Assembly: GCF_006345805.1 (NCBI RefSeq)
Contig: NC_043007.1
Location: 42,718,001 to 42,782,000, forward strand
Source: Octopus sinensis
Lineage: Eukaryota
Length of the DNA: 64,000 nt
Direction of reading: 5' to 3'
How positions within the stretch are numbered: the stretch's first letter is position 1; the number at the start of each line of letters is the position of its first letter. The position numbers and the translations under genes were made by a program. Below are positions 52,953-64,000 of the stretch, piece by piece. Below the pieces are notes generated by a model. It ran no database searches. It was not told the origin of the DNA and saw only the letters and a list, made by a program, of their open reading frames with translations.

Positions 52953-53465
52953 ATGCGTGCTCATATGCGACGTAATATCACATCAGCAGCAGTTCCTCAC
53001 ACCCTCATTGCACTTGGCGAAGGCAAAATACCAGGGGATGAAAATGGTAATATTGCCATCGATTCCATTTGTACCATTGTTAAGACGCCTTCTGATGCAG
53101 TGTTCCAAGATCTACAAGCTAATTATCAGAATATGGATTGGATTGGCAAAAAGGCTATACTGGCCCCGAGGAATAAAACTGTTCACCATATTAATGATGA
53201 AATGCTAAAACTCATTCCTGGGGAAGTCTATGTATATCAGTCTATCGATACAACTCCTGACCCAGAGGACGTCATCAACTATCCAATAGAGGTACTCAAT
53301 TCCTTTGAGCACCCCGGACTACCACCACACATTCTCAAACTTAAAGTTGGTGCCCCTATAATGCTCATCAGAAATTTGGTTCCCCCAAAACAATGCAATG
53401 GCACACGTTTGATCGTTAAGTCCTTATCTCCCAGCGTAAACTTATATCAATATTTGCCTGAATAA
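52953..53465 (+). pseudogene. Helitron PIF1-family helicase fragment (truncated RepHel)
   Basis: AILAPRN and GLPPHILKLKVGAPIMLIRNL...CNGTRLIV are diagnostic Helitron helicase motifs. No Rep domain or Walker A motif present. Confidence 0.93.
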
Positions 53466-55383
53466 TCATCATCATTCAGTGCAATCATTAACAGTACTTT
53501 CAAGTAATTCAGCCCCGAGCAACGCCGGGCAATTCTGCTAGTCTTATTATAAAAGGCAGATTTTATCTGCCTCCCTTTGGGAGTTATACAAATCTACAAT
53601 ATAGGATTTCTTCAATTACAATTTACCTAGCATTTTTAAGAGTACAATGCATCGCGTCATGCCAGGTCCAGTTTTTAAAATTTAAACTCCAATTAAGCAA
53701 AATTTACAGAAAACTCACATTCTGGTGTGTGTGTCAAATGCTTTTCTTAGTCTGGTTTACACCACACGCAAACGCACACACACAGTGTGCGACGAATAAA
53801 ATGAAAGTAAATAGCGACAGAGTGATTTGAGGAAGACTAAAGTGAAAGTATTTAAACCACTACTCAAAAAAAAAAAAAAACACAGCAAACAGAAACAAAT
53901 AAATACACAATTTCTTCAATTAGAGTTTACCTAAGATTTTTCAGAGTACTTCAGTGGGTGATGCCATAAAAATTTCTTTCAATTTTACCACCAATTAAGA
54001 CAAAATTCGAGAAAACTCAATATTTTAACATATCACTCCGAAAGCATTGATGTACATGTGTGCGTGCGTGAGTGTGTGTGTGTCATTCCTCACACACACG
54101 CATACACATACATATACAACTACATATAACTACATACAAACACGTGTGCGTTTGTTATTAGTAAAAAAGGCGCCAAATCACAACTCACTTATCATTCCAA
54201 TACATTTGCAAAGACACACGGACGGACAGAAAAGGTAAGTTGGTTTTTATTTTACTCATTTCCTATTGTGTTTTCAAAATTTGTAATTCTGACAAAAAAT
54301 GGATACGAATTTCATTATATCAAGCAGCTAGTCAGAATTCGAAGGATTTTCTACTGAAGACCTTCATAAATCTAACTCTATGACTGAAAAAAAAAAGCAT
54401 CTTTATATAAGAGTGAAGTTGTGTGTCTGTCTCCTACGATTTAGATTCCTAACTACTCCCACATTTTGCGGTGCAGTTTAACCAAAAGCGGGTATCTTAT
54501 AGTCGTGATTCATATCGAGCCCTTCTGGGTATTAGCGTGCGTCTACGATGAGTCTCCGATTTAAAAAAAATTTACCATCATATTTTTCCATTTTAATGCA
54601 TTTTTTCGCTTTTATATAAGGGAAGTAACTCTCTAAAAATATCTACGATGTGTCAACGATTTAAAAAAAATTTACCTTAATTTTTTTTCAATTTTTAATG
54701 CATTTTTTTGCTATATTTTGGCTATAACTCTCTAAAAATGCTTATATAGTTATTTCCCTTACAACCCGAGCAACGCCGGGCGATAATGCTAGTATATATA
54801 TATATATATTCATTCTAAGCTACTGGTGAACAATATTTGCTTCAATTTTTTCATAGCAGTTTATTAATATCATGTCGAGCACTAATGTCACATTGTGCCA
54901 TAAGAACATTAAATGCGATATTCTGATAAGTCGACCAAATATGACTCGCTGTAGCACAAGACCGTCAGATTTGAAACTGTCAGACAAGAATGTAAATAAT
55001 GATAAATTGAGACATTGGAAGAGATGCTGCGATGTTTCCAACTGAATGGTTTGAAACCGGGTTGCAAAATCAGTTTTTTAATTCCTTTTGTAAGAGAAGG
55101 GTATGATGTGCTGATATTTATGTTTTTGACAAGGCAATTTCTTTTCTTTTTTTTTTTCTTTGACTTAGGTGAAACAGTTCAAACAAACGACCGAAACATT
55201 CAGACTCCGTGATAGTAAATATTTCCGGTATGTTTACATCTCTTTTTCATATATATTAATTCAGAAATTAGAATTAATTAAACGTACGATATTAAAAGTG
55301 CAATATCGTAGATACACTGAAAAACAAATGGTGGCGAAATTAAAGCAACTAACACAAAAATAGAGTTAAACAAGATAACTAAC

Positions 55384-55396
55384 CTTTCTCAGCCAT
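55384..55396 (-). CDS. MED6: MED6 exon 1 (MAEK)
   Basis: agaATGGCTGAGAAAG|gttagt in a CpG-rich context; phase 1 joins exon 2. Total CDS 705 nt = 234 aa. Confidence 0.8.
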
Positions 55397-55399
55397 TCT

Positions 55400-55800
55400 T
55401 CTCTTCGTTCGGGACACACCGTCGAAGTAGTCGGCACTAAATGTAGTTGTTTGTTATTTTCTCATATTATTTCTTTTTATTCATAATTTCCAGTTTTTAC
55501 AATTAAAAAACACTATTCAAATTATTTATATAGTTTCATATTCTTATTCACACTTTAATATTTTGTATTGGGAACATAATAATTGTACTAATTTGTATAT
55601 AATACTCGTTTTATTCCATCTAATTGGATATGTACGGTGACAATTTACTTTCAAAATTGAACAAAATAATTTAAGTCTTTGAAACGTAAAAGAATATGGC
55701 AATTTCTTTTTTTTATTTCATCCTCTTCCTTTCAATAAGGTTACCTTGTGAAAAATATTAACTGCAGAACTAGTCTCTTGTCTCAACTTCCGGCTTCAAT
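55400..55800 (-). promoter_or_regulatory. MED6 5' UTR/promoter region with an ETS-type motif CCGGAAGT (55786-55793, minus strand)
   Basis: CpG cluster next to the start codon. The motif is seen in sequence; its function is inferred. Confidence 0.4.
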
Positions 55801-56176
55801 TTTATTTCTAGGAATTTTTGTTTTGCACTGAAATTGGATTACAAGACAATTTTAAGATGGTTTGTTCATTTTCGTCATTACGTAGTTTAATAGCTATTTG
55901 TTTTATTGTATTATCCTTCAAAATTTAAGAACTAAATGGTTGTTTATCCTTATAGGCCTTTGTAGTTTTAAGCATTATACTTACAAGGTATACACTGGTC
56001 TGAGGAAGAGAGGGTTTTTTTCAGCATAATTTACAATTTAATTTTAAAGGATGATTCTTCTTGTTTTAGCTGTTGTTCGGAGGTCAAAAATTATATACGA
56101 AGCTAAAAGTACAAAGAAGCAATAACTTTTTCTACATTCTCTATTTAATGAATAACGATATATATATTATATATAT

Positions 56177-56219
<43 letters not shown>

Positions 56220-57334
56220 AAATGTGGAGGGCTTTTCTTCTCTCTTAGAAACCACACTAGAAATTGAATTGGATCGCAGCCTATGGAGCTAAGCATCTAA
56301 ATCGACTTTTGCTTTCTCAATTATATATTAAACAATTACTATCCACATTTTGTTGCTAGTAACTAAATTATTTAAAATGTATTTCGGCCTTATTTGAAAG
56401 AGCTTGTGCCATAGGAAATTATGTAAGAATTCTTTCGTTTTGCCACTGAGGGTAAAGGGGTGTTTGTGAGCTAAAAAGGAGGTTCTGTGCGATTGTTTCA
56501 CCTATTAAAAATATCAACTAAATCATAACCTACTTATATTGGATGATGTGGCCTTAGGTACATTACTGGGAAAGAAAAGACAATACCTTCTTAACCAGGG
56601 CTGCCTTGGATTAACCAACAACTGTGAGGTTTGTGCTTGAGTGACTTGTCGGTCGTATGTGACCAAAACACTTTACTGCTGTTCTACTTTTGTTTCTCAA
56701 CCTGGGTTCATATGACCCCGATGGGGGGGGGGTCCATGCAAGCAAAATAGTAAATTGGGGATCCACAGTAGTATTTTATGGGTTCATGAAAACGTTTTGC
56801 TTTACATGTATTTATTGGAAGAAACAGCTAGATTTCTTTCTCTCTAACATTTTACAGCGTTCAGCCTACACAAGTTAGTGTGTGAAAAACAAAATAGAAA
56901 TTTTGAAAGATGTATTTATGAAGCTAGTTTTTAAACATTGAATGGCTTTGTGGGTCCACCAGAATAAAATAGGTAAAAAAAAAAAAAAAAAAAGAACCTC
57001 TGTCCTAGACTTCATATTTTAAATTTTCATGATCAGGGCATTAAGCTTCCAGTTGCTGAAGATACATTGCAAACCAAACTGTGATCTAGTTTCTTTTTTA
57101 TGCTCTATGCATTAAAAGTTAGTATTCAATGTTAACTGTGTTACTTCTAGACCTACTAGAAATGGCAGCGAAATATTCGTAATACACTCTACAGTTGTAA
57201 ACAGATTCAGTGTCCAATAAAAAAAAGACAGGATGGATCTGGCTGGCTCAGCAAGTCCTGATCTGGGGGGCTAAACTTCGATATTTCATTATAACCCCAC
57301 CGTTACCGCTTCAGTTTCTCAATCAAATTGAACT

Positions 57335-57735
57335 TTTGTTCTTTTACTTGTTTCATTTGATTGCAATCATGCTGGAGCACCGCCTTTAATCGAGCAAATC
57401 GTCCCCAGGACTTATTCTTTGTAAGCCTAGTACTTGTTCTATCGGTCTCTTGTCGAACCGCTAAGTTACAGGGACGTAAACACACCAACAATGGTGTCAA
57501 GCGATGATGGGGTGACAAACAGACACAAATAACATGTGTATATATATATATATATATATACATATATATACACACACACACACATAGATACATACGACGG
57601 GCTTCTTTCAGTTTCCGTCTACCAAATCCACTTACAAGACTTTAATCGGCCCGACATTTGCCCAAAGTGCCACGCAGTGGGACTGAACCCAAAACCATGT
57701 GGTTGGGAAGCAAGCTTCTTACCACACTACCTATG
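57335..57735 (-). mobile_element. Octopus-type SINE
   Basis: Similar to 7805-8216, with an internal deletion. Confidence 0.85.
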
Positions 57736-58499
57736 CGAATTCCTTTTTCTTGAGATTTTAAAAATTGTCGAGTAAATTAAATTTTTTTTTTTTTTTTTCA
57801 GAAAGTCTAATTTATCATGCGTAAACATTTTTTATATATATATTGTAAGTTTTGTACTGCGTAATCAATTTCTTTTCACTCTCATTTTAAACATCTAAAA
57901 CTTTGGACCAACTTGTAAACCTCGTTTCAAGGCGGTAGCGCCATGAGAAAAACGAGGTACACATTTAATAGTGTAGATGGATTGTCATGGCTTTTGATCG
58001 AAGGTCTCTTCGTACAGGACTACACATCATCTAAAACTTCTTGCTCTCTCGCATTGCTTACTCATCCCTCCCTATTCTGATTTGACTTAATTTTTGTTCT
58101 TTTGATGTTTTCATGTCAGGTATTTTATTCTTCCGAAAATGAACGTCGCAAATATATGTTGCTAGGCCACCGAACGCCCGTCCCTCTTCTGGGAGCTCCT
58201 GGTCAGTTCTAACAGCACAGTAGAAAACTGATTTGTGTTAGACAATCTTTAGTGCTGCTGGTCATCATAGTATTTATTTATTTTTATGGTGTGCAGTACC
58301 ACTTTCGCTAGGGAAGCCTTTAATAGGACCATTCAACATGCGAGAAATAACAACCAAATCCTCCTCAAATCAATTTACTGCATTTTAGAAACGAATGGGA
58401 AGGCTTGAAGTGTCGTCGTACACGTTTGATTATCAGACGTACTCAATCAGTGTTGACCTGATGCTAAAATAACAATTCTACTAATTGGGTCGTAGTTGT

Positions 58500-59950
58500 T
58501 TTTAATATGGTTCCCTCTGTTGCAAACATTCAAACCAGCTTCCTCTACCTTCCAGTTTGAAGTTTAATCTTGACTTTCCCTTGTAGAGTAGCCATTGTTT
58601 CTGTGAAGGTACAAGTGTTAACGATTTCCATATGAAAGTCCCCTGTGAGATAAACCCAAGGCATAGAACCCTTGGGAGGCTTCTATATCAACTGTTGCAT
58701 CCCATTCTGTAACTGGTGCCCATCTGCTGTCACTGAATTTCAGCTAAGCTTCTTACAAAGATTCATGTGGAGAGAGATGCTTTTCTCTTACCCTTCTTCC
58801 ACCAAAGTCTATAAAAGATCAGTGTCAGCCTGCTGGACACTGCCCTTTTCTACAGCATCTGAAGACTTATTATACCCGTTTGGCTCTTTACATACATCAT
58901 ATTGCTGATCTTAACAACCTACTATTACCATATATCATATTCTGCTCTGAAACACAGTTCTCATCTTCAGTATTTAACTTTCCACTGTCTTGACTACACT
59001 ATATTTTGACTTCATTGGTTACTCTGGTTCAAAACCTCTCTTCACTCCTGCTGGTACTACTGCTCTCTGAAAGTGTTCCAGCCATCAGCACCAATTAATT
59101 GACTTTCTCATCCTGCATTGAGAACATCTGTATTATTTTACCTTTCTCTGAAGTCATCCTTTTTACTAACTTCAATAACACAATTCAGCACTGACACTGC
59201 TGACATAGAGACTAAATCACTTGCTATTCTAAACTTATTATCATTTATTAGTATCCTTTGACAACATTCCAAATGCCCATGACCTCTTTTTTCAATTGCA
59301 AACTTAGCCAGTACTGCACCCATCATATCATTTGACCATTTGTAATCAAAGCAACAAAGGTCAAGTCTTCCTCCTTCACAGTGCTTTTCTGCTTCCCAGT
59401 TCTGGTAATTGAAGTTAACAAACTGGTCAGAGCCCTACCAGTTTTAGGCTGACCACTTGTAATGCAAAATGTAATTAATCTCTGATTCTTTTGTAAGAGA
59501 TAAGCAGGTTACTAAATACTTCTACGTAGGTGCTTCCTTTCCACATTCCTACACTGCACTGTAGCAGTACAGTCAAAGAATACTAAGTACAAGATCTACA
59601 AAATATCACTCACAACAGGGATTGTTTACCTGCTACTGCAATACCACCAAATGACCATCAAGAGATTAAAAGAGACTTTTGTGTATTTTACACCTGAGTC
59701 TTTTGGCCTTTTGCTAAGTGAGTTTCTACTAAATCTGCACAACCTTCCATCTCCTTCCCAACCAAGATATCTCTAAGCAGCTCTCCTGCTGATAAAACCC
59801 ACCAAATCTGTTTTCCATTTTGCTGTTTCTATAATATACCACCCACACATAACGAAATTTTTCACGCTATTTTTTTTTCTCACTCTGCCTATCTCATCAC
59901 CATATTCATACGGTTTCCATGTTTCTCTGTTTGTTCCAAAACAATACTGG
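58500..59950 (-). mobile_element. Highly degenerate LINE ORF2-like remnant
   Basis: Minus-strand pieces CADLVETHLAKG and FGGIAVAGK resemble AP-endonuclease motifs; many stops. Confidence 0.35.
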
Positions 59951-61190
59951 TCCTGACATTTGTCTCTTTCAAACTCTCTAACAGTGCACTTATCATTAGA
60001 CAGAAGCTCCTGTCATTAGACTCTTCAGTCTTTTTCTCTGCAGGGATATATCACTAAACCTGTTAGATGTAGCAGCCAAATTTCTCAAATCATACCGTAC
60101 TGTTTTTCATAACCAGAAGGATACATTAGCACATTAAATAATGCCTTGTACCCCCCCCCCACCCCTTGAAAAAAAAATGTGCCAATCAAAACTGGGAAGC
60201 CTTTGCTCATAGATAGGTGTTCTCAGTCAGTGTTGATCTGGGGTTAAACAATAACATATTTTGACCATTATATTGTGTTAACACTCCATCATGCTCAAAA
60301 TGTGTTCTGATTTAAAAAATTGAACTACTAAATACTATTTTTTTCCCATCCTTTCCTTCATTTCACTGTCTGCTACCTGTTCAGTGTGATGACTATTTCT
60401 CTCTCTCTCCCCATTCTTTTTCTTTCTCTCCCTCTCTCCCTTATTCTCAGTATGGCTAATGCATGATAAGGAGAGGTAATCCAGCAAAGGAAGAACACAT
60501 GATATGGCACCTTAAATAGTTATTGTTTTGTTCCATGTTAGCTCTGATCAAGTAGTGCTATGATCAAGGTATTTCAGCCAAGACCTTCCCATTTTATTTT
60601 CAGACAGTATCCAAGGTTACTTCATTTAATGTGTTCTTTCCTAAGATGGTAGAAACGATTTGGTTACTATTTCTAGCTGGTTGAGCAGTCATGCACAGAT
60701 TCCCTGAAATTATTAAAAATATTATTTTCTTATTGCAGACTTTGCTATTTAACTTGTATTTTATGATATAGACTTTGCTGTTTAACATTGTACACTGTCA
60801 GTAGAGATTTTATTTCTGAATTTGCACATTACACAGCTAACAGCAGTAATATCATATATTCTCTCTCTGTTTATTTTCTCTTATTCCTTTCTGTTGAAGA
60901 GTATAGGCTTGAAATGTAAAAAACTTTTTCATTTTCCTGAGCGTCAAACTAATACACCTGCTTGTTGTTCATATACCTGTCTTCATCTTTTGTTTTTTCT
61001 ATAAATTTCAACTATATATATATATTATTATGTATATTATTTAACATTAAGGTTTTAATATAAATTACTTAATGAGTATAAGATTTTATTTAGATGTTTA
61101 TTAAATATATAAATTAATTAATTAATAATTTGATTTAATGTATATAGATTAAATTATAGTATTTAGTATTCACTTAATGTATATTTTGTA

Positions 61191-61235
<45 letters not shown>

Positions 61236-61302
61236 GAGGGAATATTATTCCAAACTTACTGGGAAAAATTCAATTTAGAAATACTAAATCAAATTTCACA
61301 AA

Positions 61303-61630
61303 ATATATATATATAAATTAGAAAAAACCCACCTTTTATTAATTCAGTAATGAAATATTAAATTATACCATCTCGAAAAATTACATCTTGTAGAAAGATT
61401 AAATATAAGATAAAACATATAACAATGATTAAAAATTGTGCAAAAAAATAAACAAAACATAAATAAATATTTACGTTTTATTTATTTTTTTGCAGAATTT
61501 TTAATCATTGTTATGTTTTATCTTATATTTAATCTTTCTATAATATGTAATTTTTCTAAATGGTATAATTTACTTTTTCATTATTGAATTGATAAAAGGT
61601 GTTTTTTTTTCTAATTTATATATATATATA
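61303..61630. repeat. AT-rich foldback (about 150-bp arms), MITE-like
   Basis: tatataaattagaaaaaa..cacctttta...aaaaaaataaa mirrored around 61455-61475. Confidence 0.85.
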
Positions 61631-61824
61631 TATAAATTGGCACGTAAAAAGCACCCACTACACTCACGGAGTGGTTGGCGTTAGGAAGGGCATCCAGCTG
61701 TAGAAACATTGCCAGATTAGACTGGAGCCTGGTGCAGCCTTCTGGCTTCCCAGAACCCCGGTCGAACCGTCCAACCCATGCTAGCATGGAGAACGGACGT
61801 TAAACGACGATGATGATGATGATA
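61628..61824 (+). mobile_element. RTE LINE/SINE 3' end with (GAT)n tail
   Basis: ggcgttaggaagggcatccagc...cccatgctagcatggagaacggacgttaaacgacgatgatgatgat. Confidence 0.8.
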
Positions 61825-61853
61825 TATGAATGAAGCTATTTCAAAAGTACATA

Positions 61854-63077
61854 TATCAGGTCATCCCATAAGTTCTGTCTGATTTTACTTTTTTTTAAAT
61901 TGAATGAAATTTAATAGTATTTTAGAATGTCTAATGGAATTAAAAATTATTTTTATGCATTTGTGTACATTTAAACTAATTAAATATTATTTTACAGAAT
62001 AATAGAATTAAAATATCTTTGATTAAAACGCTTTCTAACATGAAAATATCCAAAGAGTATTTGAGGCATATAATGCTTTATGAGTACAAAAAAGGAAACT
62101 CTGCAGCTGAAACGACTCGAAACATACACTCAGTTTATGGAAAAGAATGTTTGAATGAAAGAACTTGCAGAAGATGGTTTGCAAAATTCAGAAGTGGAGA
62201 TTTCAGCCTTGAAGATGAAGATCGAACAGGACATCCAGTTGAGTTTGATAAGCTCCTTGAGGCATTACTTGAAGAAAATCCTGCATTGTCAGTTGAAGAA
62301 TTGGCAATAAAGCTTAGTTCAAACCATACAACTGTTCATCATCATCTAAACAACTTGGAATGGTTTCTAAACTTGGAAAATGGGTGCCTCATGAATTGTC
62401 TGAAAGCAACTGCAAATCCTGAGTTGACATCTGCTCTTCTCTCCATTCTCACAAACTCATTTCACCCTTTTTGGATAGGCTAGTGACTGGTGACGAAAAA
62501 TGGATTTTCTATCGAAATGTTAAACATCATGAACAGTGGCTTGGTAAAAGGGAAAAAGTTCAACCACAACAGAGAAGGAACTTCATGGAAAAAAGGTTCT
62601 TCTCTCTATCTGGTGGGATTGCAAAGGAGTAATTCACTTTGAATTGTTACCACCTAATGCAACAATTAATGCTCAAGTCTACTGTCAGCAATTAGAGCGT
62701 TTGAACCAAGCTTTGAAGAAAAAAAGACCCGCTTTAGTGAATCGAAAAGGAGTGATGTTTCATCAGAACAATGCGCGACCCCACACTGCAAAGATCACAT
62801 CACAGAAGATCGAAGAGCTTGGCTGGGAAAAAATTTCTCATCCACCTTACTCTTCTGAGCTTGTTCTTTCAGACTATCATTTGTTTCGTAGTTTACAGAA
62901 TTATTTGGGGGACATAACTTTCACAAGCCAGGAGGTGGTCGAAACTGACATTTCAGAGTTCTTCGCTATAGATAATCAGGGAAAGTACATTGATGATTAA
63001 ATTTCAATTAACTATAACATTCGATCACTTGTTTTCTTTATTCAAAATTCGGACAGAACTTATGGGATGACCTGATA
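61854..63077 (+). mobile_element. Full-length but inactivated mariner (DD34D type)
   Basis: TA-tcaggtcatcccataagttctgtc TIR mirrored at 63051-63075 plus TA. HTH region, VTGDEKW, WWD.KG, HQNNARPH and HPPYSSEL..SDYHLF present, with frameshifts. Confidence 0.96.
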
Positions 63078-63663
63078 CAAACTAATGTGTTGTCAATGGT
63101 CTTTAAACATTATATGGGATATTTTCATCACATCAAGAGTTGCAAGCCTAGTTTGACAGTTGAGTTTTAATCATTAAGTGAGAAGTACTGGCTGCAATTG
63201 AACAGAAAACATTTAGAATGTATGCAAATGCTATACTCCTTGTGGATGTAGCTATTAAGCAAAGCCTATAATTTAGCTAATGGTCACCAGACAAGCCAAA
63301 ACAGTATGGTTTAGTCAAGTGCTGACTATTTGTAAAAAAATGTTAACAAAGCACTTACAGCACAAACAATTGCCATTTGACTTACTGAACTGTGACAAAA
63401 GCTGTAAGTGTTTTTGTAACTTGAATGCTATTTTATGGAAGTAATGTGTTGTCAAACCAGGTCTGCAACACAGGTATGATGGAAGTACTCCATACATAAT
63501 GTCCTTATGCACTGTGTATGTGTATCCATGTGTGTATGTATATAGATGTGTGTGTATTGTAAATAGTTTGCATATCTTGTAAGCTGTATACAGTAATATA
63601 CTGGAATTTTTGCTGTTTATATAAGAAACGTTTTTCACTGCCATGAAGAATATAAAATCTTAC

Positions 63664-63795
63664 CCAAACAGTATCTACAATAGATTTAGTGATAGTGATC
63701 CAAGAATCAGTTGTATTTATCTTCCCTTTAGTTTCCTGAGCATTAGCATCACGCCTTAAGAAAAAGCCATACAGCTGCACCCACTCCACTATACT
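63664..63795 (-). CDS. Putative internal exon of a gene starting beyond the right edge (SIVEWVQLYGFFLRRDANAQETKGKINTTDSWITITKSIVDTVW)
   Basis: Acceptor ctggttcag, strong donor TGG|gtaaga, 132 nt, single open frame. Confidence 0.35.
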
Positions 63796-64000
63796 CTGAA
63801 CCAGTGTGGAAGCACATACATGATCACTTGACCTGTTAGAAATAGCAACCAAATTTTCATGAACACTTTATTACTAAATTTAATAAAGGAAGGGTACATA
63901 ATGTCTATATAAAAGACAAGATGGTCATGGTTGAAATACCTTTGATCATAGATTGGCTTGGTCAATACAAACATGAGTTAAAGTAAAGAACAACAACCAT

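Larger units (their letters stand above)
50848..54792 (+). mobile_element. Composite Helitron array in MED6 intron 1
   Basis: 5' TC ends at 50848, 52706, 53542 and 54400; 3' hairpin cccgagcaacgccggg plus CTAG at 53538-53541 and 54789-54792; inserted A|T in an (AT)n run. Confidence 0.92.

Noticed and set aside
60893-60916. TTGAAGAG-TATAGG-CTT-GAAA, hammerhead-like
   Set aside because: The core is mutated and stem III and the cleavage triplet are not recognisable; at best a dead remnant.

Overview
AT-rich, microsatellite- and repeat-dense eukaryotic DNA. The SINE, RTE and Helitron repertoire looks like an octopus (coleoid cephalopod) genome; that taxon call is inference. Two complete 8-exon genes were rebuilt by hand with GT-AG introns and consistent phases. 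WDR92/DNAAF10 is on + (24681-35314, 355 aa) and MED6 is on - (55396-38392, 234 aa); they are convergent, with stop codons about 3.1 kb apart. A third, unidentified spliced gene probably runs on - from about 11.4 kb to 252. Isolated exon-like segments lie at 20.0, 58.1 and 63.7 kb. The rest is mostly transposon debris: three mariners, RTE, CR1/L2-like and other LINE fragments, tRNA-derived SINEs, MITEs and Helitron/Helentron elements. Most unusual: (1) a 3.9-kb composite in MED6 intron 1 made of two chimeric Helitrons joined head-to-tail, carrying a 166-bp satellite and a PIF1 helicase fragment; (2) five long foldbacks, one in a WDR92 intron with hammerhead-ribozyme-like motifs in both arms; (3) genomic Asn codons at positions that are Asp in human WDR92 and MED6, which one A-to-I edit would restore. 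No CRISPR, rRNA or genuine tRNA genes were seen. Repeat boundaries are approximate unless TIRs or TSDs are quoted.
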